Part shown: in pieces, positions 1-13,179 of the stretch
Layout: each line of letters starts with the position of its first letter
How positions within the stretch are numbered: position 1 is the stretch's first letter
Assembly (NCBI GenBank): GCA_035084275.1
Contig: CM068746.1
Span: 2,294,001-2,358,000, forward strand
Direction: 5' to 3'
From: Hydrolagus colliei
Taxonomy: Eukaryota
Length of the DNA stretch: 64,000 nucleotides
Made by a program: the position numbers and the translations under genes
Notes under the pieces: model-generated
What the model was told of the DNA's origin: nothing
Databases searched by the model: none
Seen by the model: only the letters and a program-made list of their open reading frames with translations

Positions 1-175
1 TTGTCGAATAGTGCCATGGGATCTGTAATGTCCAGCAAGGGAATGGGACCATAGTTAAAACATCTCATTGAAAGGAGACAGTACCTCCCATGATACAGCA
101 TACCCCTCCGCACTGTTTTGGAGCGTCAGACTGGATTATCAGCACAAAATGCCCAAATTAGGGTCGAAGAACCCA
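1..175 (-). mobile_element. Old DeuSINE/SacSINE1-like SINE fragment (Deu domain)
   Basis: Reverse complement contains ATCCCATGGCACTATTCGA and GATGTTTTAAC, matching the recalled Deu-domain core and in-window copies at 42630 and 58470. Confidence 0.7.
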
Positions 176-578
176 TATACATTTCACATTTTGTTCTGGA
201 TCTCGTTTGTGAACCGAGTTAACATCGAACACAAATAAGGGATACTCGATAGGCACACCGTTGGAGGTTCATGGGGTCTTGACCAACAACAAAATATCCT
301 CTCTTAGATTAGGCGCCAGTGTTCTAGAAATAAATATATTCTAGACCGTGTGAGAAATTAATTAGAATCCAACCCTACGCGGGTAATGTGTGTTAATTGC
401 CACCAGCTGACCAGTGAAATGTGAAGGACAATGTAACTCTTTTGGCGGCTGTAGACGACACTGATAAAAGAAAGTGCTCACAGGACTTGAACTCCTGATG
501 AACATGCTTGACCTAACATTCCTCCCAAACTGACACCTCAGAAGTTTTCATCGGTTCTGTTAAATAATCGACGAGTAT

Positions 579-872
579 NNNNNNNNNNNNNNNNNNNNNN
601 NNNNNNNNNNNNNNNNNNNNNNNNNNNNNNNNNNNNNNNNNNNNNNNNNNNNNNNNNNNNNNNNNNNNNNNNNNNNNNNNNNNNNNNNNNNNNNNNNNNN
701 NNNNNNNNNNNNNNNNNNNNNNNNNNNNNNNNNNNNNNNNNNNNNNNNNNNNNNNNNNNNNNNNNNNNNNNNNNNNNNNNNNNNNNNNNNNNNNNNNNNN
801 NNNNNNNNNNNNNNNNNNNNNNNNNNNNNNNNNNNNNNNNNNNNNNNNNNNNNNNNNNNNNNNNNNNNNNNN
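579..872. other. Assembly gap (294 N)
   Basis: Run of N; the ORFs spanning it are artefacts. Confidence 0.99.
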
Positions 873-1914
873 AGCACAAAAAAACTGAAAAAAAGATCTG
901 ACATGCATATGGCTTCTGATATCTGAACTGAGAAAGAGACGAGTTAGTTTTAAATTGGACCTTTCATTAGAACTACAATTGTTCGACTGTAAAAATACAC
1001 AGGCACTACATTTTATACTGGATCCTGTGAAGCACTTTGAGATATTCTTGTGATGTCAAAGGCAGCGTACCAACTACAAGCGTTTATCATTAAAAACATC
1101 TGGTTTAAAAGAGCCTACGTATTGTATAAGAGAAACAGCAAAATTAGACCAACAAATCAAAGTTATCTGAAGAAACTTCTAAACTTATGAAAGGTAAAAT
1201 CCTGGGAAAGAGGAGAATATTGATGATGAGCCTAGCAACAATACAATTCCCAATTTTTTTTACAAAATTGCATTCGCACTCACATTTTTGAGAAAATTAC
1301 ATTTAATGCTATCAGCGCAGTCAAATCGTGGCTAACGTTAGTACTGTAGCATAATACTATACTTATTATTTTCATATTAATGATTCAATCTACCCAATTA
1401 ACGGGAGAAATCCACATTAATAACCATCAAAGACAAATCGCAAGTAACTCATTGAGATAAACGGATCTTGTCTCTGTTTTGTTAAGTATGTGGTACGGCA
1501 CTTTAAATTCAGTCAGGAAATAAAGAAACTGCGAGAAAGCATACTACTGCCTGCGCATAGCTAATGAAAATATTACCGAGAATAGGCCTTTAGTTGCCTA
1601 ATGGAAAATGTCTCACAGTATTAACACTGGTTAATATTAACGATTCATCACAGAGATTTATCAATTGGCAAGAGGTAGCTTTGCAACACCCTTGCTGTAA
1701 TAGGTTCAACAATACAATGTCCTGAAGTTATAAAAAAAAAGTAACTTGTTTACAATCCTGGCATCGACGGAGAGACGTTTTGGTGTCAAAACTTGTTTAG
1801 AGTTTTCATGCACTCTGTTTCATTTGGTAATGGAGGGGTTGAAATGTGGGTAACTAATGGAAATCAGCGAATAATATCCCAATCTTCGTCGGAGGAGACG
1901 AGAAGCTGCCTGCC

Positions 1915-1939
1915 CGCTCGCTCGCTCGCTCGCTCGCTC
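1915..1939. repeat. (GCTC)n microsatellite
   Basis: About 6 tandem GCTC units. Confidence 0.9.
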
Positions 1940-2054
1940 AGGTGATGGTAAAGTTTGCTTGGTACTTTCCAAAAAGGGGAAAGAAGTTTCTTCCCAGTGT
2001 CCCAGCCAACGCTCTACTAGATGCAATGAGTTTATGACTTCATCGTGGAGTGGC

Positions 2055-2200
2055 AGTATTGGCAAGTGTACAATTTGCCAAGGCGCGAATCACCTACAAA
2101 AATCAACAGTCACTACACGTTACCACAAATCATGTGAAGCGCTTTGTACTTCTGACATGAAAGGCCTCCCTTTTTTTTTCAAAATGCAAGGTTTATTACA
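2055..2200 (+). mobile_element. Old SINE 3' tail (DeuSINE/L2-type)
   Basis: CAACAGTCACTACAC...TGTGAAGCGCTTTG...CATGAAAGGC...AAATGCAAGG tail motif. Confidence 0.65.
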
Positions 2201-3239
2201 AGAAGAAAGCAGAGTAACAAGGGAGCGAGGCCAGGTTTAGAGGAAAATCGAAAGGACGTGTTTTTACAATGGTGGAGTTTATTCTGTTTGTTAACTTGGA
2301 TTATAAATAAAATCACATTTATAAGCAGCTTAACTGATTCCTTTCTTTGTACATATAATGCAGCCACACACCAGGAATTGTGGCAGCCGCATTTCTCTTC
2401 TTATCGGTGTTGGGAGATCTTATTTATGACTGGCAAGCATCAAAACTACAATACTTGAATACGGTATCAACCCTTCCATGAATACTGAAATAGTTGACCT
2501 TTTAATTCTCGCTGGCTGAAGGACTACCCACTGTGACAGGTTGATGGTGGGCTGTCTGCTCTTTCAAAGTGTTCAGGACAGTTCTGAACAAAGATTCAGG
2601 GCTGTTACGCAAGTGATCTTCTTGGCTACAAAGCTAACACACTTTGAATGTACAGAGACTTTTTCTTTTACAAGGTTGAGAAGGCAATGATGTTTCAGAA
2701 CCACAAATCCAAAATACCGCAGAACCATTGCAAATCTAATTATGTTTTGCTAAGTATAATTGACAAAATTCTTGCTAACCCTTAGACCCCATGTTTAAAA
2801 TGTAATGCAAATTTTTTTTAGTTTGAAATTGTGAAGCGTACATCTGAAGTTTCAATGCCAACTGTCTCTTGAGTTGATGATTGGCTAGATTCAACAATAA
2901 TGTATAATTATTACTGATATGTATTAATAGGGACTATTGTTCCTTGCCAATGCAATTCATCCATTTGACAGTATCTGTGACAGTTATCTCATTAAATGGC
3001 ATGACAAAATCTGTTTTTTTTAAATGAATTATATTGTCTAATTATATTATAAGTTTTGCCTCAACCAGCCGTTCTGTTTCTATTGTGGGCCCTCTTGTGG
3101 GCTCAAGCTTCCAAATCACTGTTGGCCAATGCCCTGCCTCACTCCCTTCGCCTCCCCCCCCCCCCCCCCCCCCCCCCACCCCCACCTCTCTTCCTAGTTT
3201 CAGGACTCAGCTGAAGACCTTTACTTAACCCAGGTACCC

Positions 3240-3410
3240 CACCCACACGCACAACTAGTAGAAGGACCTGCTGACAGATTAGGAAAGGAACCCTGTTTGG
3301 TGTATCCCCCTCTGGGAGGCCTGGAGTTTCACCATCCAATGTTGCCCGAGGTGAGATCAGCAAAACGGGCATGGACCAGCTATTGAGCAAGCAAGTTCTT
3401 GGTGATGCAA
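3240..3410 (-). mobile_element. AmnSINE2-like ancient SINE fragment
   Basis: GTTGCCCGAGGTGAGATCAGCAAAACGGGCATGGACCAG and AGGAACCCTG resemble the reverse complement of the recalled AmnSINE2 consensus. Confidence 0.5.
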
Positions 3411-5574
3411 GATGCGATCACACTATCTGGGCCTTCTCTTCAGAGCACAGTGTGAACTGGGTCACGTATTCAATGCAGGGATAGGAATTCCACCTGTGTC
3501 CAGATTTGTTTTGTTTGCTTTACTATTTCAGAGCGGCCGGATTTTGACAAATCTACTGTTCATTTATTTCTATTCAATATATAATTGATCAAAGTATTTA
3601 TTGGAGTTGCATATCGTTGATATTTGAGTAGTAAATTTTATTCATAAAACTGAAAAGATTGTGGCCATACCATCGGCCAACACAATATACGGTTAATTCA
3701 GTTAATGCAGTATATTCTGCGGAGCCTTTGAGACATTTCAGAGACTTTATAAGGTGCTATTTAAAATGCAAGGATCATTGGATTATTCAAATTTTCATAT
3801 TCAGCCCAATGTTTCAGCTGAATCTTCCAGAGATGCAAATTGAGCTTCCAGTAATCTTAAGGGTTAATTAACATTAAAAATCCTTCAGAAAATCAATAAA
3901 TGCAGACGATGTATTATGCAAAAGGAAGGTCATGTGTGCATTTTGAAAGCTACAAAAGTCTTTCATCACTGGAAAAGTTAAGCCCGCAGGTTACTGCGCT
4001 CGATTTCTTAATAATTCTACAAGATCAAAATCAGGAGACAACACGCTGACAATACATTAAATTAAATTAAACATGCGGAGGTGTTTGTGTGTATAGTCTT
4101 GTGTTATTTGGATGTATGAGTTACCTCCATCACATTAGTCATGTTGAACCAAGCAACTACACAAGTTTGATTCACTGACTAAATTATACAGCAAAAGTGA
4201 TACCAGATACAGTTAGATTAACCTCAGGGACAGCAGAACTCTGCTCCTCTGCACTCAGTTCATTATTAATCATTCTGTGTAAATCTGGAAATATCACAAG
4301 ACCCTTGTTCCTAATAGTTAAATGCAGTGTGTAAACAGGGAGCACAGAGTAATCCGGGATTTATTTGATTTGAATTAAAGTAATTGGGACTGACTCTGGT
4401 GAAGTTTAAGTGGGGCTCAGGAGGTTCACTTATGTTGATTATTTTGGCTGAATACCATCACTTTCTTTCCACATTCTGCATTTTACTGTGTTGGTTTCAA
4501 AGAGAAGGGGGTGGGCGGGGGAGAGAAAAGTGATTGTTTTTCTTCAGGACTGAGCACTTTTGATTTAAAACGGATTTTAATTTTTTTTTTTTTTTTAATT
4601 GTAATAGTTTACAGAAGTTTGAATCCTTCCATTGTCCGATCCCTCGTAGAATGTGAAAAGGCGCCCATTTGCTGAATTGATTATATCCATTATAAATACA
4701 AAAATAGGATACATGGCTCATCTTTCAAGTCCTTGAAATGTTATTACCTTTGCTAGATGTTGCTTGTTAAAATGCAAACTGCTGATACATTCATAGAGGC
4801 TTGTGCAGCATTTAATGTTTTGAAAACACTATTCAGGCTGTAGCTGCCAGATTTCATACACATCCCCACACGTTTACACATCCAACCCTAAATTGCTGTT
4901 TAGTTGGTAGCTTCTGACCTTGTTTGTTGCCCTACTTCTTGCTTATCGCTTAGGACAACGCGTGACTTTTCCTGTCACTAATCTCGGCCCCGTGGACTCC
5001 TTTCCCTGCATAAGGAGTACAGTGCGGATACAACTCTTTGCCTGGAAACCACAAGAGAGCACTGTTGGGCAAATCCTCCTCCTGTTTCTTTTGAGCCCAT
5101 CAATGGCTCAGTCAATCGCTCCTGTCCTTTGAGAACCGCGTTGATAACTTTGACTCCAATTATAAAACAAAAATGTTTTTGATGTTTGAAAATAATTAAA
5201 GAATAAATTAATGGGTCATTCCAACTCGCAGTGGAAGGGGCCTCAAAACAGTTAGATTCCTCCAGTACTCCGAAATATGCCACAGTATTCATGTCATCTT
5301 ACCAGATCTCTACTCTAATAATAATAATAGTAATAATAATAATAATAATCCTCGCATTTGATATAGTGCCATATCATATATTTGAAGCATCTCAAAGCTC
5401 TCCACAGAATATATCTTAAAGTGAATTGACGGCATATTTTGAGCATGTTTACAGACATTAAAGAATCTTCCAGGTTTCTCATTTACAGATCTATAACAAT
5501 TAGACCCCTTTCAAACTTCACAAACGCATACATTTTCTGATTAAGACGCTGAGGTTACGATTCCATTGGGATTC

Positions 5575-5880
5575 CTAACCTTGCTCCAGTTGTCATTCTG
5601 AGTGTCTGAACCTGAACTGTGAGCGCAGGATAGGCTTTCTAACCGCAGGGTATCGCGGCTGAAGCCAACCCTGTTCTCATCCAAAATCCACAATCAGGCA
5701 CTTTGCAGCGGGGTTCATTCAATAAGAGACCGGGCCATGATCTTAAAATGAGAGCGAAGCCATTTAGGAGTGAAATCAGGAAGCATTTTTTTTTCACACA
5801 AAGATTGATGGAAATGGCCCACGCTGGTCGATTTCCCTTTTCCTAATCCAGAAGGTCAACTTTAGCTTGTTTAAACAAGA
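5575..5880 (-). mobile_element. AmnSINE2-like ancient SINE fragment interrupted by a CR1 piece
   Basis: CCTGTTCTCATCC...GCACTTTGCAGCGGGGTTCA...GCTGGTCGATTTCCC; similar to the in-window copy at 61010-61200. Confidence 0.6.
5730..5815 (+). mobile_element. CR1 LINE ORF2 C-terminal fragment
   Basis: Translates GHDLKMRAKPFRSEIRKHFF, the typical CR1 (T)RGH..K.......F....R..FF motif. Confidence 0.75.
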
Positions 5881-6109
5881 GGTTTGTCTCTCACCAGTTA
5901 TCACCACCTCATTTGACTAAATGTAACTGCGAATCTTCCAAAAGCCTGCTATATTTGTACCCAAATTGCATCCACACGCTGAGTCATCGCATTAAATGGG
6001 ATTGGTTTGCGCCTGAAATTGTGCAATTCACTAACAAATTAAGTGGAGAACCTGCTTCAAAAATTGTGAATAATACATTACAATCCTGCCCCTACAGCCT
6101 GCTTCTTGT

Positions 6110-6395
6110 TCTCCCCATCCATTTCACCTCATTAGTGGGCAAGCTTTCAAACCATTCCGCTCCACATTCTCTGAAACTCCATCCCAGTGTTACTGTCTCT
6201 TTTCCTCCCTCCCCAACTTTAAAGCCGCCCTTATTAAGACTTTTTCTCGATTACACTTTAGTCACGTTTCCACCCAACCGTTCACAGTTCCTCCCACTCA
6301 CCCCTCTCTCCAGCTCGGATGTCAAGTCACCAATGACATTTGGGGATGTCCTCCCAGTGTGAAATCCGTTATATATGAATGTAAATTGTTATTGC
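6110..6395 (+). mobile_element. Decayed L2 LINE 3' end
   Basis: CT-rich 3' region ending TTTGGGGATGTCCTCCCAGTGTGAAA...AATGTAAATTGTTATTG, similar to the 17090 L2 tail. Confidence 0.65.
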
Positions 6396-7699
6396 TGCTG
6401 GAATTTTCTTTTTGTCTGACCTTTTGAGCGTTTTCTAAGCCCTAAAAACAAACCAAATATAAAATGTCGATGACAATTACAAACCAGAAGTCCCGATTGA
6501 GCTCTGATTGCAAACTAGCCTAGTTGTTTCCTACCACAAGCTTAGATATGTATTTGAACACAGCAATAACACAGTAATACATTAAATTAAACAATAAAGT
6601 TTCAGGTGTCACGGTGAGAATACTGGCATTATTTTAGTCTATACAGTGTTTTATTTCCAAAATGTATAGTCACCACACCGCAGAGTAAATAATGTGAAGT
6701 GTTTTTGGTTGTCCTTCCAATATGAAAGGCACTTTATCCAATGCAAGGATTATTATTTATTATTCTCTAAATGCAATCTTGTAGAGTAAATGCATTTTTT
6801 TTTCAACTTTGGAAGGTTGGAAGGGACTGTCTGGGTCTGACTGATTAAACCCAGAATATTTATGCTACAGAAAGTAGAACTGATGAATTGTCCGTTCATA
6901 TTTACAATGATGTCTTCTACTATAGAAGAAAGAATAAAGTAAATGTCGTTTCTGACAGGAAGCTGTCTTGGCCAACGATGCGAATTTATAAAATGGATTT
7001 GAACGATGTGTTTGGATTAGGAATATATCTCAGATTGAACAACTATTGCACTGTGGTGAAACTTATCTAACAACGCACTATGTTCTGCAAAGCTCTTTGA
7101 GATATCTCGAAAACATGATAAGGTTATACCAAATGCAAGGATTATTTAACAATTCAGCAACACAAATACTATTATAGGGTTTCAGGGTTTAACCTCGGCC
7201 ATTTTAATGTGTTTGTAAATCACTGTTTTCCAGGGTTTTCATTGAGATGCCGACTCAAACACATTCTTCTCAAATGCTTCACCAGAACTGCCCTGCGCAC
7301 ACTGAGGAGAGGGAAAGGGAGAGGGAGAGGGCAAAGCATGCGCAGTTGGCACCACAGTGGACCACCGAGAGCGAGCAAGAGAGAGACCTCACTTCAGATT
7401 TACATTAGAAAATATATTTCTGGTGCTTTTCTGGTGTTTTATTAGATAAACACCGACTTTGATTTTTTTGTAATGGGGCATTTAATCGAGGTTTAACTAT
7501 ACCTAGCCAACAGCACGATCGCTGATTTCAAGGAAAGAAGTGAAGAGAAGGTAGTTTCTGTAAAACCTGAAATGTTTCAATCCCAAGGTGAAATTACTAA
7601 TTATTCATAGAATGAGAAAAGAACATTAGCTTAATAGAAGAAATGTGTTCTGTTAAAGTATTTTTTCCATTTACCTTCCTCTAGCCTGTACTCAAAAGG

Positions 7700-7877
7700 A
7701 AATCAATCTATAGCCACTTTGATAACAACTTTTAAGGATAAGTAGACAATTATTTGGGGAGAACAAGTTTGCAGGAAATATGTGGAGAGATTGGAGGAGT
7801 GGGATTGATTTGGACAGCTCTTTTCAAAGATACAATGGGCTGAATGACCTCCTTCTGTGTCCTATAATTCTATGATG
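7700..7877 (+). mobile_element. CR1 LINE 3' end
   Basis: GAGTGGGATTGATTTGGACAGCTC...ATGGGCTGAATGACCTCCTTCTGTG...ATTCTATGAT; CR1 ATTCTRTG terminal motif. Confidence 0.85.
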
Positions 7878-9247
7878 AGTCACTCACTGTAATGAGAGCA
7901 TTACTATACCTAGCTAACTGGTCTCCAGGATTCAGTGCCTCCATCTATTCCAACACAAGAAAACTCAAGAAACGCAATTCAAATTAAACCATGAGTTTAG
8001 AATTTTGAAAACAGAAAAAAATCATACGCGGTGTGGGGTGGGAGGGGAGATAAAAGGAAGAATCTTACTTTACAAAAAAGAAGACAATATAATTTATTAT
8101 AGTATAATATATTATAGCAATTAAATAGCTATTGTGATGCAGCGCATGGTATATTTCCATTTTCAGCTTTGTTATTAGATGGGGAGGGTGAAGAAAAAGG
8201 CACCAAATAAATAACTACTTCCCTCCCCACCCCCTTAGAATGGGAGCGAGGAAGTTATCGAGCCAAGTGGCAAAGAGTGTGCTTCCCGGATTCTGGTTCG
8301 ATTGGAACATTGGCAGAGTTTCAGGAGCCGACTCTGTGCCCGTCCTCTTAAAAAAACGCGCGCAGTGTTTCATAGAACCCAAAAGAGTAAAGGAAGAAAA
8401 ATGATCTCAAAGTCGAAAATATCCATTAAAAAAAAATGTTGATAAATACAGTAGAAATACGAGAGAATACAAAATGAATAATTGAATTGAACACTTTTGA
8501 AGTCGAGTGAATTGGCGAATGTGCAGATTTCCCTGATAGTGGGGTCCCTGGTATTCAATTGCAATGGCAGAGGCATGCGAGTCATTTCCCAGTTACTGAC
8601 AGTATTCACTATTTGTAATGGCAAATCATGTACCTTCAGCTCACTGCCATCGACAAGTATCTCACATCCTTCTTTTACAATAATCAACCTTTGCGTTCGA
8701 TATAGTGACTCATACATCAGTAGGATGTCTACGATACTTCACAGTAATTTACCATAAGGTGTAGTGACTGAAATTTTTTTGTTGGCCACTGGCAGTAGTC
8801 GTCAATTTGCTCAGAGCCATGTCTCACAAGTGATCTTTAGTTATTTTGCTGCACAAAATATTTTTCATTCAGAGCATACAGGCTGCGTGGGTGGGGGGGT
8901 GGGGTGACTCGTACGTTGATAGATACGCTTAGGATTAAATAGTTATCGAAATTGTAACTCAGTTACAAGGGAAGGTTTCCACACAATCAGTGAGAAGAGG
9001 TCATTTAGATTTTATTTTGCAGTGTTGCAAACTGACATTTCCTATCTGGATTGAACTGTCTATCCGAGCGCATGTCTCCTGCGTCAGGACAAACATCACA
9101 TTTAATCCACTTGGCATATTTCTGATTTCTATTTTCATACAAAGCATTTCTGAGGTTCCTTCAGTGGCTCACCGAGTTCAGACCACGGGTCCTTCCGATA
9201 TGAAAGCTGCTATACTGATGTAATGTTGTTGTTGTTGTTGTCATTGT

Positions 9248-9572
9248 GGAGTTCTGTAGCTCAATGATTAGAGCACTCGCCTCACATGAGAGAGACCTGG
9301 GGCTCGATTCCAGGCACGACAAAAAACTTCAGCAAGTTTCCTTACTCCACATGCCTAATAATAATCCCTCAAGAAAATAAACAAGAATAAATTGGTCATT
9401 TCAATTCAAGACTGTTGGTGGGACACTGCTGTGCACAATTGGCTGCCGTGTTTTTGCCCACATACTGTATACGCAATCAATTCTCTTTGCAGTATATTGT
9501 GTGAAGCGCTTTGAGACGTCTAGAAGACGTGATAAGGTGCTTTATCAAATGCAAGGACTCTTGTTATTATCA
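9248..9572 (+). mobile_element. Full-length tRNA-derived SINE with L2-type tail (dominant young family)
   Basis: Degenerate A box TAGCTCAATG and B box GCTCGATTCC; GGCAAGTTTCCTTACTCCAC-like body; AAGCGCTTTGAGACGTC tail; TTA repeats. Confidence 0.92.
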
Positions 9573-10484
9573 TAATTGTAGACTCAGCTAAGATGCATTG
9601 CCCAACAAAAGTCAGTTTTGCGACTCAGACATGAAGAATGTTTACGTGAGCTCGTGTCAGACCTTATGTAACACAGGCCAACATGAGTTATTACATTCAG
9701 TGGAAGAAGAATGAAAGATAAAGAGAGAAGGGGTAAAAACTGATTGAATACCGTGGGATTTCTTAATCATGAGCCAGCTCAGTTGCCGATGTTCATTCCC
9801 TACAATGACTAAAAGCTGCCAAAACATTTTTTACTCAAAAGCAAATGTCCCATTTATTTTCACTGGATGATGATGGAGGCAACCTGTGATGAACTGTTCA
9901 GTCTAATTTGTACGTAAGTTAGAATATCTACCTTGACAAGAATGATGACAGAAACCAGATGAATCGGGTTAATGATTTCCAACCGAATTAAAGATTTAGT
10001 TATGGGAAAATTATACTTTTATATTGATGTTCATAGGGCAGTGACTTTATTTTAACCCTCTGCCCCACCAAAAAAAATGTTTTACTAATAAACTTTTTCA
10101 ATAATAGCAGCATAATACAGATGTCAGCCTCTTTGAGTGTTTCTATCCTTCAGATTTTCTCTTTGCTGATTTCTGTTGTTCACTTTATACTGGCTGCGTG
10201 ATAAACTGTCAGTTTTGCGAAAGATTTATTCTATAATCTGGATTGGTTACGTTTAGGGCCTGAAATCCTTACCATGGATGGCGCAGCCCTAAATGAGATT
10301 GAGGGACAATTCGTAAAAAGAACCACTGAGAGCTAATCGACCTGTGTTTAAACATATACATCAACTTGCAATTGGTTTTAGCTCCCCTCACACAGGATAG
10401 CAGTTTAGATGGATTGGCGGTGGTGGAGACTGATGCCGATGGGTTTGTGCGATGATTGTAAACAATGGCGAACGGGAAGGTCTT

Positions 10485-10695
10485 CAGCGACAACCCGAAG
10501 ATGAGGAGGACACAGGGATTGGAGAATTTCTTAATGGCTGAAGTCAGCGAGTCCGACGAAAAGGCAGGAGAAGGTTCAGGAGTTCAGAGTTGCTGGGAGA
10601 GAAGACGTTGACACCATAGTCAAGGAGTATGGTTTCCGTTTCGTCAATGTTCATCTTCGGGACTTTTGCACTCATCCAAGCCCTGATGTCAAATG
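10485..10695 (-). mobile_element. Highly decayed L2 ORF2 fragment
   Basis: Minus strand translates DIRAWMSAKVPKMNIDETETILL, comparable to DIESWTRDNFLQLNVSKTEALLI in the 17.1-kb L2. Confidence 0.6.
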
Positions 10696-10914
10696 TATGC
10701 CAGCATATTCATTGACACAAAGATTCAGGAGTATGTCTCACTTTTACACTATTCTTGAATTTCTTCCATTATTCTGCATGTTAGGAATCGATGGAATCCG
10801 GATTGTCGGACACATTCGGGCGGCAAGGCTCTTGCCTCTGATCTCTGAAGATCATGGATTCACATTCCACACCGGGATTCGAACTCAGGTAATTGATGCT
10901 ATCACTACAACGCT

Positions 10915-11045
10915 GTGCACATTTGAAGGTGCCATCCTTCACCTTAGATGCTAAATTGAGGTTCTGTATGCCCGTTCAGGGTACTGTTAAAACTGCACAA
11001 TTCCAAAGATTGAAGACAGTTTTTCCTTGCGTCCTGGCCAACAAA
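10915..11045 (+). mobile_element. DeuSINE-like fragment
   Basis: GAAGGTGCCATCCTTCA...AGATGCTAAATTGAGG...GTCCTGGCCAAC, Deu-domain motifs. Confidence 0.65.
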
Positions 11046-11127
11046 CTAAGCCAATTTATGTGCTAGCCAAGAAAGGATGAAGCCAAATATTTCAATTGAA
11101 AGTCACTCAGGTATATGCATGTCACCT

Positions 11128-11833
11128 TATAATAAGGATCCTTGCATTTGATATAACACATCTTCTAGACATCTCAAAGTACTTCATAAAATATACTGTA
11201 AATTAATTGACTATATCAGTTTGAGAACGGACACAAATATTTCATGAACTGGAATTCACACAATAGAATTGGTGTGACCAGCAGAATGGTTCTACTGCTT
11301 AATTCACAATGATGAAACTACAGTGTTTCAGTTGCATTTGAACCTGTGGCTTGGATTGAGGCACGTCATTACCCCAGCCCAGCCTACGTGTACCTCATTA
11401 TGCCTAATAATAATCCGTCCAAAAAAAAACCACAGTAATAAAATTGGTAATTTCAATCCACGACTGTTTGTGGGGACGCTGCTGTGCGCAATTGGCTGCC
11501 GTGTTTCGCCCACAAATATACAGTCAATTCACTTTACAGAATATTCTGTGAAGTGCTTTGAGACGTCGATAAGATGTGAAAAGCGCTATATCAAATTCAA
11601 GGATTATTATTATTATTACATATTTGTGGGCAAAACACGGCGGCTAATTTCGCAAGCGGTATCCCACAAGCAGTCGTGGATTGAGTAACCAAATTATTGA
11701 TTCTGTTTTCCTTGAGGGATTATTATCAGGCATGCAGAGGAAGGGATTGGCCTAAGATTTTCCCTTGGCAGAAATTGAAACCATGTCTCTCGCTTGCGAG
11801 GCGAGTGCTCTAACCACTGAGCTACAGGATTCA
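11128..11833 (-). mobile_element. tRNA-SINE split by a 403-bp insertion (tail 11128-11216, head 11620-11833)
   Basis: The two halves join exactly at consensus TTGACTGTAT|ATTTGTGGGC. Confidence 0.85.
11400..11618 (+). mobile_element. 5'-truncated tRNA-SINE
   Basis: Near-consensus body and tail with (TAT)n end. Confidence 0.92.
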
Positions 11834-13179
11834 CAACTAAATTGGAATTTTCCCGTGTGAAATAGTATGTGTAAGGAGTCAACAATACCTACCAGTTTGC
11901 CTTAAATTGGCTTCAATTCCTGGATGAGAGCTAACTTTCTGCTGTTGAACGTCAACGATACCGAGGCTCTCCTGACTCTTGTTTGACCCTGAAATGTCTT
12001 TTCTAACCCACGTCCGTGCCATGACCTGCTCTACCTTAGCATACCTTCGCATATTGAACCACACCTTTTACTGAACCACGGCTCGGTAAAAGGGGAAACA
12101 AAACAGCTTCAGGTTCAAGGAGGGATAGGAAGGTAGAAAATTGTCGAGTTGGATAAAAGTTGTAATATTTAGGGGAAATATAAAGCATTTCATGAAAGAT
12201 TAGATGTGATTCATCACATTTGTTCTGAAGCGTTTTTCATTCCAATAGTTACTAGCCTCAGATCCCTACATTACCTTTACAATTATTTCTGATGCTTCAA
12301 CAAAAATAACTCTCTCTGTATATTTTGTAAATAACACAATAAACTAAATTGAAGACAGAGCTTAAATGGAGACTTCTACATCAACTGTGACATGCAATAA
12401 AATCACAGTAGATTCAGTCCACGCAGCCAAGTGGTTTCTCAAAGTGAAAGGCTTTGATGAATTCTGTATGGAGTTGTAGTGCGTGTGACTCTGTCACCAG
12501 GTCAAAGATTTTGGTGCCGATGCAGTTCTGAATGGCGGAGAAATGTAAAATTCTCAATGTCTGCAAGAGTTTCGATTGAATCCTTGTATTGTCCCGCGAG
12601 TGCGCTGCCATTTCAGAAGTGAATAGGATCACAGACAGAAACGTTGTATAATTTTGACAACAAAAAAAAACACAAACGCCAAATAGACAATGAGCTTGTT
12701 AATTACTCAGGCAAAATGAGATGATCCTTGCGGTTAGGATGCCTTACTCCCAGATAAAACATTCCTATGGCGCTGAAGCCCCATGAGAAGTATTATTCTT
12801 TGTTGTCTACATGACTCATTTCAATTCTAATCACTTATTGAGCCTTTGAATGCTGGAGCTACCCAGAATTTTGCAATTAGTGCTTGAAATTGTACTCAGA
12901 CAATTATTCACTTTGCAGGAACACTGTTGAATCCCCCAGTCAACAAAACACAATATAATTGTTGTTCATTAATAATAAACAGGACAGATCTTAGTCTTAC
13001 TTCAGGCTAGCCTGCAAAGCACATTAGAAGTTAGTGGCTAGAAGTAGAAGTATTTGAAATTCCAGGATTCACTGTTATAATTGGAAAATGGTCAGATATC
13101 TTCAACAGAAAGCTATTCAAGACATCTGACCTCGCTTGGAGAAAATTCACGAAGACAGAAGTATCTAAAAAAAATGGGG

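Noticed and set aside
513-908. Three ORFs of 113-131 aa
   Set aside because: They span the N gap; artefacts.
490-975. CTGATGA at about 495 and TTTCATTAGAAC at about 962 as Penelope/hammerhead remnants around gap 1
   Set aside because: Too degenerate; no GAAAC partner or stems, so it cannot be supported.
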